64,000 nt of DNA, taken from assembly GCA_964016885.1 (NCBI GenBank), contig OZ024743.1, positions 11,284,001-11,348,000 on the forward strand, in the 5' to 3' direction. The DNA is from Eledone cirrhosa (lineage: Eukaryota). Positions 45,829-59,919 of the stretch are shown here, piece by piece (positions within the stretch are counted from its first letter, which is position 1; every line of letters begins with the position of its first letter). The position numbers were made by a program, and so were the translations under genes. The notes beneath the pieces were generated by a model. The model saw only the letters and a program-made list of their open reading frames with translations, was not told the DNA's origin and ran no database searches.

Positions 45829-48800
45829 TTATGCAATATGAACATCTATTCTTTTGTCAATAGTCTGACAGCAGATCGACCCTGTCTATTTTTCACAGTG
45901 AATTTGATAACATGTGTATATTATTAGTGGGATGAGTTTAGAAATAAAATAGGAGCACCAGACTGAGGTATTAATTATTACAATGTTTCATTTGAAAATA
46001 TTTTGGTAAATAGATTTCAGAGGAAATATTTCATTATAAATTGCTTATTTTTTCTACCAAGAAAAAAGTATTGTTTGAAGTATGAAAGACAATGTCCTAA
46101 AGTATTTCATTTTGTATTATAAAATCCAAAACATGTTGAAAATGGTTGTTACAATATTCGGTTACTACGTTACTTTGCGGTTTTTAAACTATAAAAAATA
46201 CAAACAGCAGTTTTTAAAGTAGATATACAGCTGAACGTATAATATTATGGAAAATAAACTAGCTACAGTAATGGTTTACTTAACAGAATATCTTCTAAAA
46301 GTGACAAATCACCAAGCAATTTATTTACTATCTCTTTGATTTTTTTTCAAGAGGCTCACCAATATTGTACACAAACAGAAGGAAATCCCAAGTATAGTTC
46401 AAACAATCCATTTATCAAGTATTATTCGCATACGGGTTTAACATTCGAAAAATCGAAAGGACGTCTATTTGCAAACTACCCACCGTACTGTTTGAAGTAT
46501 GAAAGACAATGTCCTACCCCTAATAAATCCTAACAATCAGATAATATATACTCAACGCTGTTCCTTTGTGTGTATTTGCTCATCATGTAAATAAATCACA
46601 CTATCTCTCATACAAAAGCAACTTGTCAACCCTCCTAGAAACGCATATCTGTTAACCGTGAAAACAGAAATATCATAATTTAACTATCACTCCTCTTTTC
46701 TAGACAGAAATGTAGTATATTGAAATGAATAAGAAATATAATAAAAGCGTCGATATTATTTCGTTTAAGACAACACTTGTTATTTGGTTCTTTAAAGCTG
46801 TCGTGCCATTCCAGATAAGTTAACTGATGCTGTCTCATACAACGGCAAAAAAGAAAGAATCAGTTGTTCTTTTTGAATACGTTATTCATATACCAAACTC
46901 AATAGGATTGTAGTGTATTTCTTTATTTTACTATGGGAACAATAGCCAGACAGAGCCATTAGAGCATTGAATTAGATGCCTGAGTTCATATTCATCGAGG
47001 TCAATCTAGGGTGGATAAGAAAACAAAAATAAGCCATCAAGGTTGGTGGTTTGGCGGAATGGCTACAGCATCAGCCTTGTGTTATCTGTTCTGGTTCTGT
47101 ATGTTCAGAAAAATGGGAACATGACATCACTATGATTGAAGTATCCAAGAAGTTACCTATGAAATGTTACCTCAGAGGAGGCGAGGGAACCTACACAGGT
47201 GTCATCCGTAACAACAACGACAAATAATTGTCGATTTTGTTTTAGGTGTTTTCTTCCTCTATATCTCCCCCCCCCCCTCTCTCACACACACACACACTTT
47301 CTATCTTTCTCTGGAAGAAATCTGGTATTCAGGCCTGGAGAGGGATGGGCTCCGCCAGGCTTAAAATGCCCAAGAAACGCCGTATGTCAATACGGCGCCC
47401 CTACGACTGTATCAGGAGTTATGTGATCATACATACATGATGGCTGCAAACTCTGCTAAGAGTATTGCAATCGATAGTCAAACTTTGGTGCACCTTTAGG
47501 CTATGGCCAGCCACACGAACCTGTAACAGATCTTGAACAAGCAATGCCTGTGCTTTGAATGTTTTTTTTAAGTGGGGAGAGGCCTTGCACTCGATCAATC
47601 TCATTCTCTGAGCATCGAAAACACTACCCGAAAAGGAGAACTGGTCAACATCATCGAATGCTTCCGAAGCCGCGGGGTTTTTTTTTTCAGAGTTTCCCTC
47701 TCCTAGAAAGGTGTTGTGACAACAATGGGGGGGGGGGGGGCCTTTCACTCCCAGGTATTTAAAAAAAAAAATTTAAATATTGCTATTTGGATGGCCGTTG
47801 ACTCTGCTGAGTTCCTTCGCCCTTTGCCGGGTCTTGTATTTCATCCCGCAGGGTGTCCAAATATCACCCCCCCCCCTCACCAAACAAGCTTGGTGGGGTT
47901 GCCGGTTTAGTCGCCGACGACCCGACCATGAGACAGGTTGTACTGGGTTGCATGATATCAGTAGCACTTGAGAGCGACCTGACATAAACATACATACATT
48001 CGTAATTCTGGGAATCCAAACGACATAAGCAACACCGGTTTTTAGACTGATGTATACATAAACGTACACTTATAGTGGGTGGTGGGGTGAGGATACCATC
48101 ACAAAATCACAAGTTGCTAATAAATAGAAATGATTGGGGTTCATGTTTTCCTCAATTAGAGCACAATTCTTTTTTTTTTGGTAATACAAGTGAGCAGTGT
48201 TGCGTTACTCTACTGTGATAGCGATGACAATAGATATGATGATGTAGATGTAGATGACAGTAATGAGGATTGTGATGATGGTGGACATGCTGATAATGCT
48301 GATCGCGGTGACATTGATAGTATTTTATGATGATGATGCTGATGATGTGGTTGATAATGACAATGATTGATGATAACAATGATTCCTTTAGTGATGACAG
48401 GGACTGCAGATAAGAGACATCACAAGACGAATATACAAAATATTTTAAATGGGCGAGGAGGAGTGTGGAAAATGTCGATAGAAAAAATAGAAATTATATT
48501 TACAGTAATTTCTTTGGGGGAGGTCCCAATGTAGGAAGCAGGAAAGCTCACACAATTTTAGATTGCCACAACCGACGTCGAGGACAGAATTCTCTTACGG
48601 TTTCCATCTACGGCCTATAGTCCCATGTTGACTGCAGGCCCATTCAAGTAGGAATTCTCTGCATTCTCACATATTTTCCTGCAAATATTCAGGAAGAAAG
48701 CTTTGCCCATTCTACGCTCACCTTCATCTTCAAGTGGTGTTTGAAAAATATGACGAATGTTTAGTTGGAGAGAAATATCCTTGAACATGGTCTTCAGAAT

Positions 48801-50327
48801 CCTGTCCACTACACATCAGAGTCACCAGTTAGGTGAAGACTGCTTACTCTTATCTACTAAAGGTGGACTTCATTGACAGCCGGATCCGCCCAACGCACTA
48901 TTCAGTAATAATTAAACACAGAATGTCACCATCTGCATATCTTAAAATAAGGATGGATTAACCATTAAAGAAAATAAGCACATGGCTTAGAGCACCAAGG
49001 GAAGAGGGGCACCACATAATTCAAATTAAATGAAATTGTTATTCCAGAATTATTTCTTGCAGACTATATATATCTTTTAAGTGCTTCGGGTTACAAAAGG
49101 ACCTAATCCGGCCCTGCCAGGAAGTGTGTTGATGACACTGCAATAACTGTTACTTATCCCAAACTACAATTTTCAAGTTCAAAGATGCTTAGATGTTGTT
49201 CATAATCCCTGACTTGAACATTCTTCAGAAGAGACTACTCAGTTGATATTTATTGACTCGCACCAACCATCGCCCAAACCACATTCACTTATGACCGTCA
49301 CTATCATCTTATAAAGTGCAATAGCTGACGTTCCACCATTTGCATTTTTAGTACCTAGTAACACATTTTGATCCTGAATTGCAACTCTTTAAAAAAAGAA
49401 TAGTTGTGAAAAGACTTGCCGAACAAACACGACCACACGGAGGCAAACACACGGTATTTATCCGACACCCTGCGTTCTGAATTCAAATTTTGCCGTGGCC
49501 CACTAGCATGGTACGCTTAATACATCGCCTGGTTTAACATTACCACATTGCTTTTGGATGCCTTGGTAAACCCGCTCTATAAAAAAAAAAAAAACATTCG
49601 GGACAATCCATTCTATTGAAACCAAACGATTAAAATAAACATTTACTCACTGTCCACGAATTTCTCCTGGTTTGTGCATCATTATCGAGTGATTCTGAGG
49701 TCTGTTCTACTAAGCTTTGGCATCAGATGAACCTTACAAACCGTGAAAACTATCTCTTTCCCTGAAAGCAAAAGAGCAAACGTTCCAACCTGATCAGATA
49801 CGACCTGGGATTAAGGCATGACAGTCAAGTGGTAAATAAATAACGAAGACCCTGTAAGAGCAAGACTTTCGTCATCACTTCCCGATGTTTTAGAGACAAA
49901 AATAAAAGATTACATCGACGAAGTTTGGCAGAAAAGAAAAACACAGTAAAACACAAACACCGAGTGAGAATGGGTTGAAAATTACGATTAAAAAAGAACA
50001 CTACAAAAAAATTACGTTGAGACACTATTGCCACTAGACTTCACTAGTTTCACGACACCACCATAACTACACTGCACCATTACCACTATACCACGCCACT
50101 ATAATTACACCGCTACAACTGTTCCTACCACACTAACACACGGGCCAGCAAACCCTCAGCCACTTTCAACTCAATATTGCTACTTCTACAACCACTACCA
50201 CTACTACTACTATTATTATTTCTCTGACGACAACGACGACACCAATCCCTACCACCACCACCAATAATAATAATAATAATATCATGAACGACATCACCAC
50301 CGCCACCGCTTTTCGTCGCCTCCTTAC

Positions 50328-50530
50328 CTCTGACCTTTGGAGACCAGTCAAAATTTGACAGCTTATTTAGCTGTCAAATTCAGTGTCGACTGACGGGCTG
50401 TGTGTGTGTAAGAAGAGAAGAAAAAGAAGACTGAGGAAGATCTGTGTCTCCTCTGCTGGAGCCAGATGCCCCTGATTGCTGCTAGCGCCGCGGTTTGTAT
50501 TATGTGTCGTGCGCGTGTCGTCACCCGAAT
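50328..50530 (-). promoter_or_regulatory. Candidate promoter / non-coding first exon
   Basis: Strong donor GAG|GTAAGG at 50328; local CpG enrichment; palindrome AATTTGACAGCT-tattt-AGCTGTCAAATT (50352-50380). Confidence 0.35.
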
Positions 50531-50637
50531 AACAATGAGGGGGTAGGTGTGGCCGATGCACAGGGGTTGAGGGGAAGATTTAAAAAGAAAAAAAATGAAT
50601 GTGGCAGTGGCGGCAGAAACTGCGAAACCAGTAGCAG

Positions 50638-50699
<62 letters not shown>

Positions 50700-50945
50700 G
50701 TATGTTGTATTGCCGACGCCGGAGAAAGAGGCTGGTGGGTTTGTAGGAGATGACAACAGCGGTAGCAGTAGTGGGTATGGGGTTACGTTTGTGAAGGGAT
50801 GCAGTGATGCTAACAGCAATGACTGAGAGCTGTAATAACGTTGATTTGTATGTATAGTTGTTCTTTATAGCTTCAGGCCACCCCCTTACGATCAAAGGCA
50901 TTCCAACTCTGACCATCCCGTCTATTTGAATATCAAGCATTATTT

Positions 50946-51135
50946 GGGTGGATTGGCAGTATCGGTAGAGGGTCGGACGCCATGCTTTGACGCATAGAGT
51001 TACGGCCCTTGCCATTCTGAGTTCAAATCCCGCCATGGTTAACTTTGCCTTTCATCCTTACGAGGTCGATAACATAAAGTACCAGTAATGCACTGGGTAT
51101 TTTGCTGGCTTTGTGCTGAACGTAGAAACAATTAT
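50946..51135 (+). mobile_element. tRNA-head SINE (young subfamily)
   Basis: Full match; ATTATTT at both junctions. Confidence 0.92.
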
Positions 51136-51365
51136 TTTGTCCAATGTGTAGGCTTAAAAAAAAAAGAACACACAGTATGGTACACCCTGAGGGATATTTC
51201 TCGGCTATTTCTAGCATGTCGAGAGATACCTTCATTGGTTCTTGTCGTTGTTATTGTTGTTATGATGGTGGTGATGGTGGTTACGGCGGCTGTGGTTGTG
51301 GTGGGTGGCAGCGACGGCGGTTGTGATGGTATTTGTGGTGGCGGTGTTTGTGGTGGTGGTGGTGG

Positions 51366-51427
<62 letters not shown>

Positions 51428-51570
51428 AGAATGGTCATTGTCTCTGTGGAGGAGGTTGAGGGATTGTGGCAGTGGTTAGATTGGTGGAGGTGGGATGAGT
51501 AGAGGATGGGAGGGAAAAGAATTCATTATGATAGCATCGAAGGTGGTGCACTGATGTAGCAGTATATAGT

Positions 51571-54500
51571 TGTGGTGTTGGTGGTGGTGGTGGTAGTGGT
51601 GTTGGTAGTGGTGGTGGTAGTGGTGTTGGTAGTGGTGGTGGTAGTGGTGGTGGTAGTGGTGGTGGTAGTGGTGGTGGTAGTGGTGGTGGTAGTGGTGGTG
51701 GTAGTGGTGTTGGTAGTGGTGGTGGTAGTGGTGCTGATGGCGGTGTTGGTAGTGGTGGTGGTAGTGGTGGTGGTAGTGGTGTTGGTAGTGGTGGTGGTAG
51801 TGGTGGTGGTAGTGGTGTTGGTAGTGGTGGTGGTAGTGGTGGTGGTAGTGGTGGTGGTAGTGGTAGTGGTAGTGGTAGTGGTAGTGGTAGTGGTGGTGGT
51901 GGTGGTGTTGGAAGTGGTGTTGGAAGTGGTGTTGGTGGTGGTAGTGGTGTTGGTAGTGGTAGTGGTGTTGGTAGTGGTAGTGGTGGTGGTAGTGGTAGTG
52001 GTAGTGGTGTTGGTAGTGGTGTTGGAAGTGGTGTTGGTAGTGGTAGTGGTGGTGGTAGTGGTAGTGGTAGTGGTGTTGGTAGTGGTGTTGGTAGTGGTGT
52101 GGGTAGTGGTGGTGGTAGTGGTGGTGGTAGTGGTGGTGGTAGTGGTGCTGATGGTGGTGGTGGTAGTGGTGGTGGTAGTGGTGCTGATGGCGGTGTTGGT
52201 AGTGGTGTTGGTAGTGGTGTTGGTAGTGGTGGTGGTAGTGGTGGTGGTAGTGGTGTTGGTAGTGGTGGTGGTGGTGGTAGTGGTGGTGGTAGTGGTGCTG
52301 ATGGCGGTGTTGGTAGTGGTGTTGGTAGTGGTGTTTGTAGTGGTGGTGGTGGTAATGGTGTTGGTAGTGGTGTTGGTAGTGGTGTAGATAGTGGTGGTGG
52401 TAGTGGCGTTGGTAGTGGTGGTGGTAGTGGTGGTGGTATTGGTGTTGGTAGTGGTGCTGATGGTGGTGGTAGTAGTGGTGCTGATGGTGGTGTTGGTAGT
52501 GTGGTGGTAGTGGTGTTGTTAGTGGTGTTGGTAGTGGTGTTGTTAGTGGTGGTGGTAGTGGTGCTGATGGTGGTGGTGGTGTTGGTAGTGGTGGTGGTAG
52601 TGGTGGTGGTAGTGGTGTTGGTAGTGGTGGTGGTAGTGGTGTTGGTAGTGGTGGTGGTAGTGGTGTTGGTAGTGGTGTTGGTAGTGGTAGTGGTGCTGAC
52701 GGTGGTGGTGGTAGTGGTGCTGATGGTGGTGGTGGTAGTGGTGCTGATGGTGGTGTTGGTAGTGGTGTTGGTAGTGGTGGTGGTAGTGGTGGTGGTAGTG
52801 GTGGTGGTAGTGGTGGTGGTAGTGGTGGTGGTAGTGGTGTTGGTAGTGGTGGTGGTAGTGGTGTTGGTAGTGGTGTTGGTAGTGGTAGTGGTGCTGACGG
52901 TGGTGTTGGTAGTGGTGCTGATGGTGGTGTTGGTAGTAGTGGTGCTGACGGTGGTGTTGGTAGTGGTGCTGATGGTGGTGTTGGTAGTGGTGTTGGTAGT
53001 GGTGGTGGTAGTGGTGGTGGTAGTGGTGGTGGTAGTGGTGGTGGTAGTGGTGGTGGTAGTGGTGTTGGTAGTGGTGTTGGTAGTGGTAGTGGTGCTGACG
53101 GTGGTGTTGGTAGTGGTGCTGATGGTGGTGTTGGTAGTAGTGGTGCTGACGGTGGTGTTGGTAGTGGTGCTGATGGTGGTGGTGGTAGTGGTGCTGATGG
53201 TGGTGTTGGTAGTGGTGTTGGTAGTGGTGGTGGTAGTGGTGGTGGTAGTGGTGGTGGTAGTGGTGGTGGTAGTGGTGTTGACGGTGGTGTTGGTAGTGGT
53301 GCTGATGGTGGTGGTGGTGGTAGTGGTGCTGATGGTGGTGTTGGTAGTGGTGGTGGTAGTGATGTTGGTAATGGTGGTGGTAGTGGTGTTGGTAGTAGTG
53401 GTGGTAGTGGTGCTGACGGTGGTGTTGGTAGTGGTGCTGATGGTGGTGTTGGTAGTGGTGTTGGTAGTGATGTTGGTAATGGTGGTGGTAGTGGTGGTGG
53501 TAGTGGTGTTGGTAGTGGTGCTGATGGTGGTGTTGGTAGTGGTGGTGGTAGTGATGTTGGTAATGGTGGTGGTAGTGGTGGTGGTAGTGGTGTTGGTAGT
53601 GGTGCTGATGGTGGTGTTGGTAGTGGTGGTAGTGTGGTGGTGGTAGTGGTGTTGGTAATGGTGTTGGTAGTGATGGTGGTAGTGGTGTTGGTAGTGGTGG
53701 TGGTAGTGGTGCTGATGGTGGTGTTGGTAGTGGTGGTGGTAGTGGTGCTGATGGTGGTGTTGGTAGTGGTGGTGGTAGTGGTGTTGGTAGTGGTGTTGGT
53801 AGTGGTGGTGGTAGTGGTGCTGACGGTGGTGTTGGTAGTGGTGCTGATGGTGGTGTTGGTAGTGGTGTTGGTAGTGGTGGTGGTAGTGGTGCTGATGGTG
53901 GTGGTGGTAGTGGTGCTGATGGTGGTGTTGGTAGTGGTGGTGGTAGTGGTGCTGATGGTGGTGGTGGTAGTGGTGCTGATGGTGGTGTTGGTAGTGGTGG
54001 TGGTAGTGGTGCTGATGGTGGTGGTGGTAGTGGTGCTGATGGTGGTGTTGGTAGTGGTGTTGGTAGTGGTGGTGGTAGTGGTGTTGGTAGTGGTGGTGGT
54101 AGTGGTGCTGATGGTGGTGGTGGTAGTGGTGCTGATGGTGGTGTTGGTAGTGGTGGTGGTAGTGGTGCTGATGGTGGTGTTGGTAGTGGTGGTGGTAGTG
54201 GTGTTGGTAGTGGTGGTGGTAGTGGTGCTGATGGTGGTGGTGGTAGTGGTGCTGATGGTGGTGTTGGTAGTGGTGCTGATGGTGGTGTTGGTAGTGGTGT
54301 TGGTAGTGGTGGTGGTAGTGGTGCTGATGGTGGTGTTGGTAGTGGTGTTGGTAGTGGTGGTGGTAGTGGTGCTGATGGTGGTGGTGGTAGTGGTGCTGAT
54401 GGTGGTGTTGGTAGTGGTGGTGGTAGTGGTGCTGATGGTGGTGGTGGTAGTGGTGCTGATGGTGGTGGTGGTAGTGGTGGTGGTAGTGGTGTTGGTAGTG

Positions 54501-57024
54501 GTGCTGATGGTGGTGTTGGTAGTGGTGGTGGTAGTGGTGCTGATGGTGGTGTTGGTAGTGGTGCTGATGGTGGTGTTGGTAGTGGTGGTGGTAGTGGTGC
54601 TGATGGTGGTGTTGGTAGTGGTGCTGATGGTGGTGTTGGTAGTGGTGGTGGTAGTGGTGTTGGTAATGGTGTTGGTAGTGGTGTTGGTAGTGGTGTTGGT
54701 GGTGGTGGTAGTAGTGGTGCTGATGGTGGTGTTGGTAGTGGTGGTGGTAGTGGTGTTGGTAATGGTGTTGGTAGTGGTGTTGGTAGTGGTGTTGGTAGTG
54801 GTGCTGGTGGTGGTGGTAGTAGTGGTGCTGATGGTGGTGTTGGTAGTGGTGGTGGTAGTGGTGTTGGTAATGGTGTTGGTAGTGGTGTTGGTAGTGGTGG
54901 TGGTAGTGGTGTTGGTAGTGGTGGTGGTAGTGGTGGTAGTAGTGGTGCTGATGGTGGTGTTGGTAGTGGTGGTGGTAGTGGTGTTGGTAATGGTGTTGGT
55001 AGTGGTGTTGGTAGTGGTGGTGGTAGTGGTGGTGGTAGTGGTGCTGATGGTGGCGGTGGTAGTGGTGCTGATGGTGGTGGTGGTAGTGGTGCTGATGGTG
55101 GTGTTGGTAGAGGTGTTGGTAGTGGTGGTGGTAGTGGTGGTGGTAGTGGTGTTGGTAGTGGTGCTGATGGTGGTGGTGGTAGTGGTTCTGATGGTGGTGG
55201 TGGTAGTGGTGCTGATGGTGGTGTTGGTAGAGGTGTTGGTAGTGGTGGTGGTAGTGGTGGTGGTAGTGGTGTTGGTAGTGGGGTTGGTAGTGGTGGTGGT
55301 AGTGGTGCTGATGGTGGTGTTGGTAGTGGTGTTGGTAGTGGTGGTGGTAGTGGTGGTGGTAGTGGGTTGGTAGTGGTGGTGGTAGTGGTGGTGGTAGTGG
55401 TGCTGATGGTGGTGGTGGTAGTGGTGCTGATGGTGGTGTTGGTAGTGGTGGTGGTAGTGGTGTTGGTAGTGGTGCTGATGGTGGTAGTGGTAGTGGTGCT
55501 GATGGTGGTGTTGGTAGTGGTGGTGGTAGTGGTGTTGGTAGTGGTGCTGATGGTGGTGTTGGTAGTGGTGCTGATGGTGGTGTTGGTAGTGGTGGTGGTA
55601 GTGGTGTTGGTAGTGGTGCTGATGGTGGTAGTGGTAGTGGTGCTGAAGTTGGTGGTGGTAGTGGTGTTGGTGGTGGTGGTGGTAGTGGTGCTGATGGAGG
55701 TGTTGGTAGTGGTGCTGGTGGTGGTGGTGGTAGTGGTGCTGATGGTGGTGGTGGTGGTAGTGGTGCTGATGGTGGTGGTGGTGGTAGTGGTGCTGATGGT
55801 GGTGGTGGTAGTGGTGCTGATGGTGGTGGTGGTAGTGGTGCTGATGGTGGTGTTGGTAGTGGTGCTGATGGTGGTGTTGGTAGTGGTGCTGATGGTGGTG
55901 TTGGTAGTGGTGCTGATGGTGGTGTTGGTGGTGGTGGTGGTAGTGGTGTTGGTAGTGGTGCTGATGGTGGTGTTGGTAGTGGTGGTGGTAGTGGTGTTGG
56001 TAGTGGTGCTGATGGTGGTAGTGGTAGTGGTGCTGAAGTTGGTGGTGGTAGTGGTGTTGGTGGTGGTGCTGATGGTGGTGGTGGTAGTGGTGCTGATGGT
56101 GGTGTTGGTGGTGGTGGTGGTAGTGGTGTTGGTAGTGGTGCTGATGGTGGTGTTGGTAGTGGTGGTGGTAGTGGTGTTGGTAGTGGTGCTGATGGTGGTA
56201 GTGGTAGTGGTGCTGAAGTTGGTGGTGGTAGTGGTGTTGGTGGTGGTGCTGATGGTGGTGGTGGTAGTGGTGCTGATGGTGGTGTTGGTGGTGGTGGTGG
56301 TAGTGGTGTTGGTAGTGGTGCTGATGGTGGTGTTGGTAGTGGTGGTGGTAGTGGTGTTGGTAGTGGTGCTGATGGTGGTAGTGGTAGTGGTGCTGAAGTT
56401 GGTGGTGGTAGTGGTGTTGGTGGTGGTGGTGATAGTGGTGCTGATGGTGGTGTTGGTAGTGGTGCTGATGGTGGTGGTGGTAGTGGTGCTGATGGTGGTG
56501 TTGGTAGTGGTGGTGGTAGTGGTGTTGGTAGTGGTGCTGATGGTGGTAGTGGTAGTGGTGCTGATGGTGGTGTATGGTAGTGGTGGTGGTAGTGGTGTTG
56601 GTAGTGGTGCTGATGGTGGTGTTGGTAGTGGTGGTGGTAGTGGTGTTGGTAGTGGTGCTGATGGTGGTAGTGGTAGTGGTGCTGATGGTGGTGTTGGTAG
56701 TGGTGGTGGTAGTGGTGTTGGTAGTGGTGCTGATGGTGGTGTTGGTAGTGGTGCTGATGGTGGTGTTGGTAGTGGTGGTGGTAGTGGTGTTGGTAGTGGT
56801 GCTGATGGTGGTAGTGGTAGTGGTGCTGAAGTTGGTGGTGGTAGTGGTGTTGGTGGTGGTGGTGATAGTGGTGCTGATGATAGTGGTGGTAGTGGTGGTT
56901 GTGGTACTGATGGTGTTCGTGTTGGTAGTGGTGCTGGTAGTGGTGCTGATGTTGGTGTTGGTAGTGGTGCTGATGGCGGTAGTGATGGTTGTGGTACTGA
57001 TGGTGTTCGTGTTGGTAGTGGTGT
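51571..57024. repeat. 5.45-kb (GGT/AGT/GTT/GCT/GAT) minisatellite with 12-bp building blocks and 60- and 180-bp higher-order periods
   Basis: Lines 53881 and 53941 are identical; 55981, 56161 and 56341 are identical. Confidence 0.95.
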
Positions 57025-57214
57025 GACAGCAACATTGTGGTATAGTGGGGGAGACAACTGGTGTGTGTGTATAGCGTAACGTGTGGATATATGAAGTAAA
57101 TGGTGTTGGTGTCGGATCGTAAATCGGGAGGGTGGTGTAGTGAATGGCGGTGAGATGTATGAATGACCTCCATCGGTTTCAGCGACGAATTTTCCATTTG
57201 TTCGAACATCGAAA

Positions 57215-58045
57215 CTGCCAGCTCGTGAAATTAACGTTCGTATATGTTGGCTGAGTATTCCACGCACACATACTCACTTAAAGTAATTCTCAGCTTGGCA
57301 TAGTATGTAGTTAGGCAGGTCCTGTCAATTACAATTACAACTTATTTTTGGCAACTGAGGGGACTGGAGCAATGTGAAGTAAAGGGTTTTACTCAAGGAT
57401 TCAATCTGTCACCCGGTTCGGAAACGAACAAGACCTTATGATAGTTAAACGAAGATCTTCTAAGACATGGGTGAGGTGTGTTGGGATGTGGTACATGGTG
57501 GCCCAGTTTGTCGTGGTGCGGAGTATGGTGGTGTAATAAATGGTACTCCGTCGAGGGACGGTGAGGTATCTGGTGGTACGGTGTGTGATGGTATGTTCTT
57601 TGGTGGTGCGGTGTGGAATATAATGCGAAGGACCTTCGTTGGTTTTGAGGATAAGTGTCCCAGTTGTTCGATGAATTGAATAGACTGCTCGTGAAATTAA
57701 CGTGTAAGTGGCTGACCATTCCACAAACACATGTATCCATAACGTTATTCTCGAGGAGGTTCAGCGTAACACAGTGTATGATAACTCTGGCCCTTTGTAT
57801 TACTGGGGCAAGACACTTTATTTCACGTTGATCCAGTCCACTCGGCTGGCAAAAATGAGTTTTACCTGTAATTCGAATGGCCAGCCTTGTCTCGGTCTGT
57901 GACACGCTGAATCTCCCTGAGAACTACGTTAAAGGTACGCATGATTGTGGAAAGTGCAACTGCTTACACTTTAATTTCACGAGCAGGTTGTTCTGTTGAT
58001 CGTATCAACAGGAATACTCGTCGTCGTAATCGACGGAATGCCACT
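57215..58045. mobile_element. Cluster of three copies of a third SINE family, two in inverted orientation
   Basis: GCTCGTGAAATTAACGT blocks at about 57221 and 57687 (minus copies); GGGCAAGACACTTTATTTCAC...TTAATTTCACGAGC plus copy at about 57805-58045. Confidence 0.7.
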
Positions 58046-59036
58046 AGAACTAAAACAGTCCATCCGACGGGCTCCCAAAAGGTCTCCATCGACCCAATTT
58101 CTCTCACAGGGCATAGGTCAACCCGAAGCTATGATAAATGACACTTGCCTTAACGCAGTGGGATCGAATCAGGGAACTAAAGATTTCAAAACGAACTCCA
58201 CACACAGTCACTGTTCAACTATAAAGTAATTATGTAATTATGAAAATGCGTATACTAATTAATCATAAGTCATATTATTCGTAATTAAAATTTCAGAATA
58301 ACTATTTGAGAGCACATTATAACAACTTTAGACTGATTTTACCATAAAAGTTAACATAAAAGAGTCTGCAAGAAATTGGCTATTCTCTGAAAATGGAAGA
58401 ATGTTGATGTTTTTACATTATAACTTTCGAGTTCTTGATTTTGAGCATTAAATTTTAATACTTATTTATTTATTTATTTATTTATTTATTCAATTTAAAC
58501 GTCCGTATAGAGCTAGTAAGCAATGACAGACTAAGAGACGTATCGAGTACTCCTTACAGTTGGTAATCAAAAAGACCTAGTTAGACAAGTAATAAAAAGA
58601 ATTAAATGTTAGTTTTATTTGAGTAAGTTAAGACAACAGGAATCATTATTACTGGAAATTTTTTTTGAATACTTATAAATACACATGCAATCGGAACCTT
58701 TATGATATTTTAATTAATTCTGTTTGTAAAGATCACATAAATACAAATCCTCTGAGATGGGAAGGTCTCTCTTCTACTTTGACACCCTTTAATATCCAGG
58801 GAGTCACGTCCATTCACCAACCCAAATAATTTCTAGTGGTATGAATCAGTGCATTTGAGCACTAGGAAAAGAGATATATTAAAACGTGTGTATTAAGAAA
58901 TCAAACGTTTTTTATATATTTCTAGATATTGAATAATCGATGGTGTTTTCTGAGTTCTCTGTCACCAATGGTTTTCTTGCTCTAGAACAATACTGGCTAA
59001 TTATCAAAGCCGATTATTCGGTGCAACCACAATATA

Positions 59037-59088
<52 letters not shown>

Positions 59089-59128
59089 TTTAGTAAGTAA
59101 GTTAATTTTATAATTTTCTTATTTTACG

Positions 59129-59198
<70 letters not shown>

Positions 59199-59619
59199 CA
59201 TTGGTTAACTTAGAGGCTATAGTAGAAGACACCTATCCAAAATGCCACACAGTGGGATTTAATTCGAAACCACGCAATTGACGGAAACTATGGAAACCCG
59301 TCAAATGCGTTGTATCTATAATTGAAAGACCCAGCCTTGTTATATATGTCGTACTGTCTCCGCTTGGAAATTCCGTTAAGTGTACAAACGTTCGTGGAAT
59401 ACCCAACCACTTGCACGTTAGTTTACGAGGTGGCCATACAGTTTGTCGAACAACTAGACCAAGGAAACTATGATTTCACTGGCCTTTCCCTATCTAATGC
59501 TATCTGCCCATCACATCTCCTGGCAGAACATGATGAGATTTAAACTTGAAACGAACAGAGCCAGATCAGAACTGCAAAGCATCTCATCTGACTCTTTAGA
59601 AATTCAGCCATTCCATCGC

Positions 59620-59757
59620 CCCTTTATTTATCGACACGAAAATGGTGAAAAGTAAAGCTGAATGTGACGGGGATTTGAACTCGGGGTGCAGAGAGCCGGA
59701 AGAAATATTGAAGCATTTGATCCGACGCCTTAACACTTAAAACCAATTCGCCGCCAA
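59620..59757 (-). mobile_element. tRNA-head SINE, old partial copy
   Basis: TTTATCGAC..GGGATTTGAACTC..AATTCGCCGCC. Confidence 0.7.
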
Positions 59758-59919
59758 GTTACATGAAATATTGTTAAATGTTAATATATGGGGAGACGTT
59801 ATAAAATGGTTTTACTACATAAATGTTGTACGTTACAACAGCACGTCACAAGACATGAATACTGTGGAATGTTACAAGACATTAAGTATTATCAAATGTT
59901 ACAAAACTTTACACGACGT

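Noticed and set aside
47328-47930. GC-richer block, possibly a DNA transposon relic
   Set aside because: Could not define matching TIRs, a TSD or a protein motif by eye.
51435-57267. 1924-aa and 1574-aa Pro/His/Thr-rich ORFs and poly-Val ORFs
   Set aside because: By-products of a triplet satellite; composition flips at each indel and variation avoids third codon positions.
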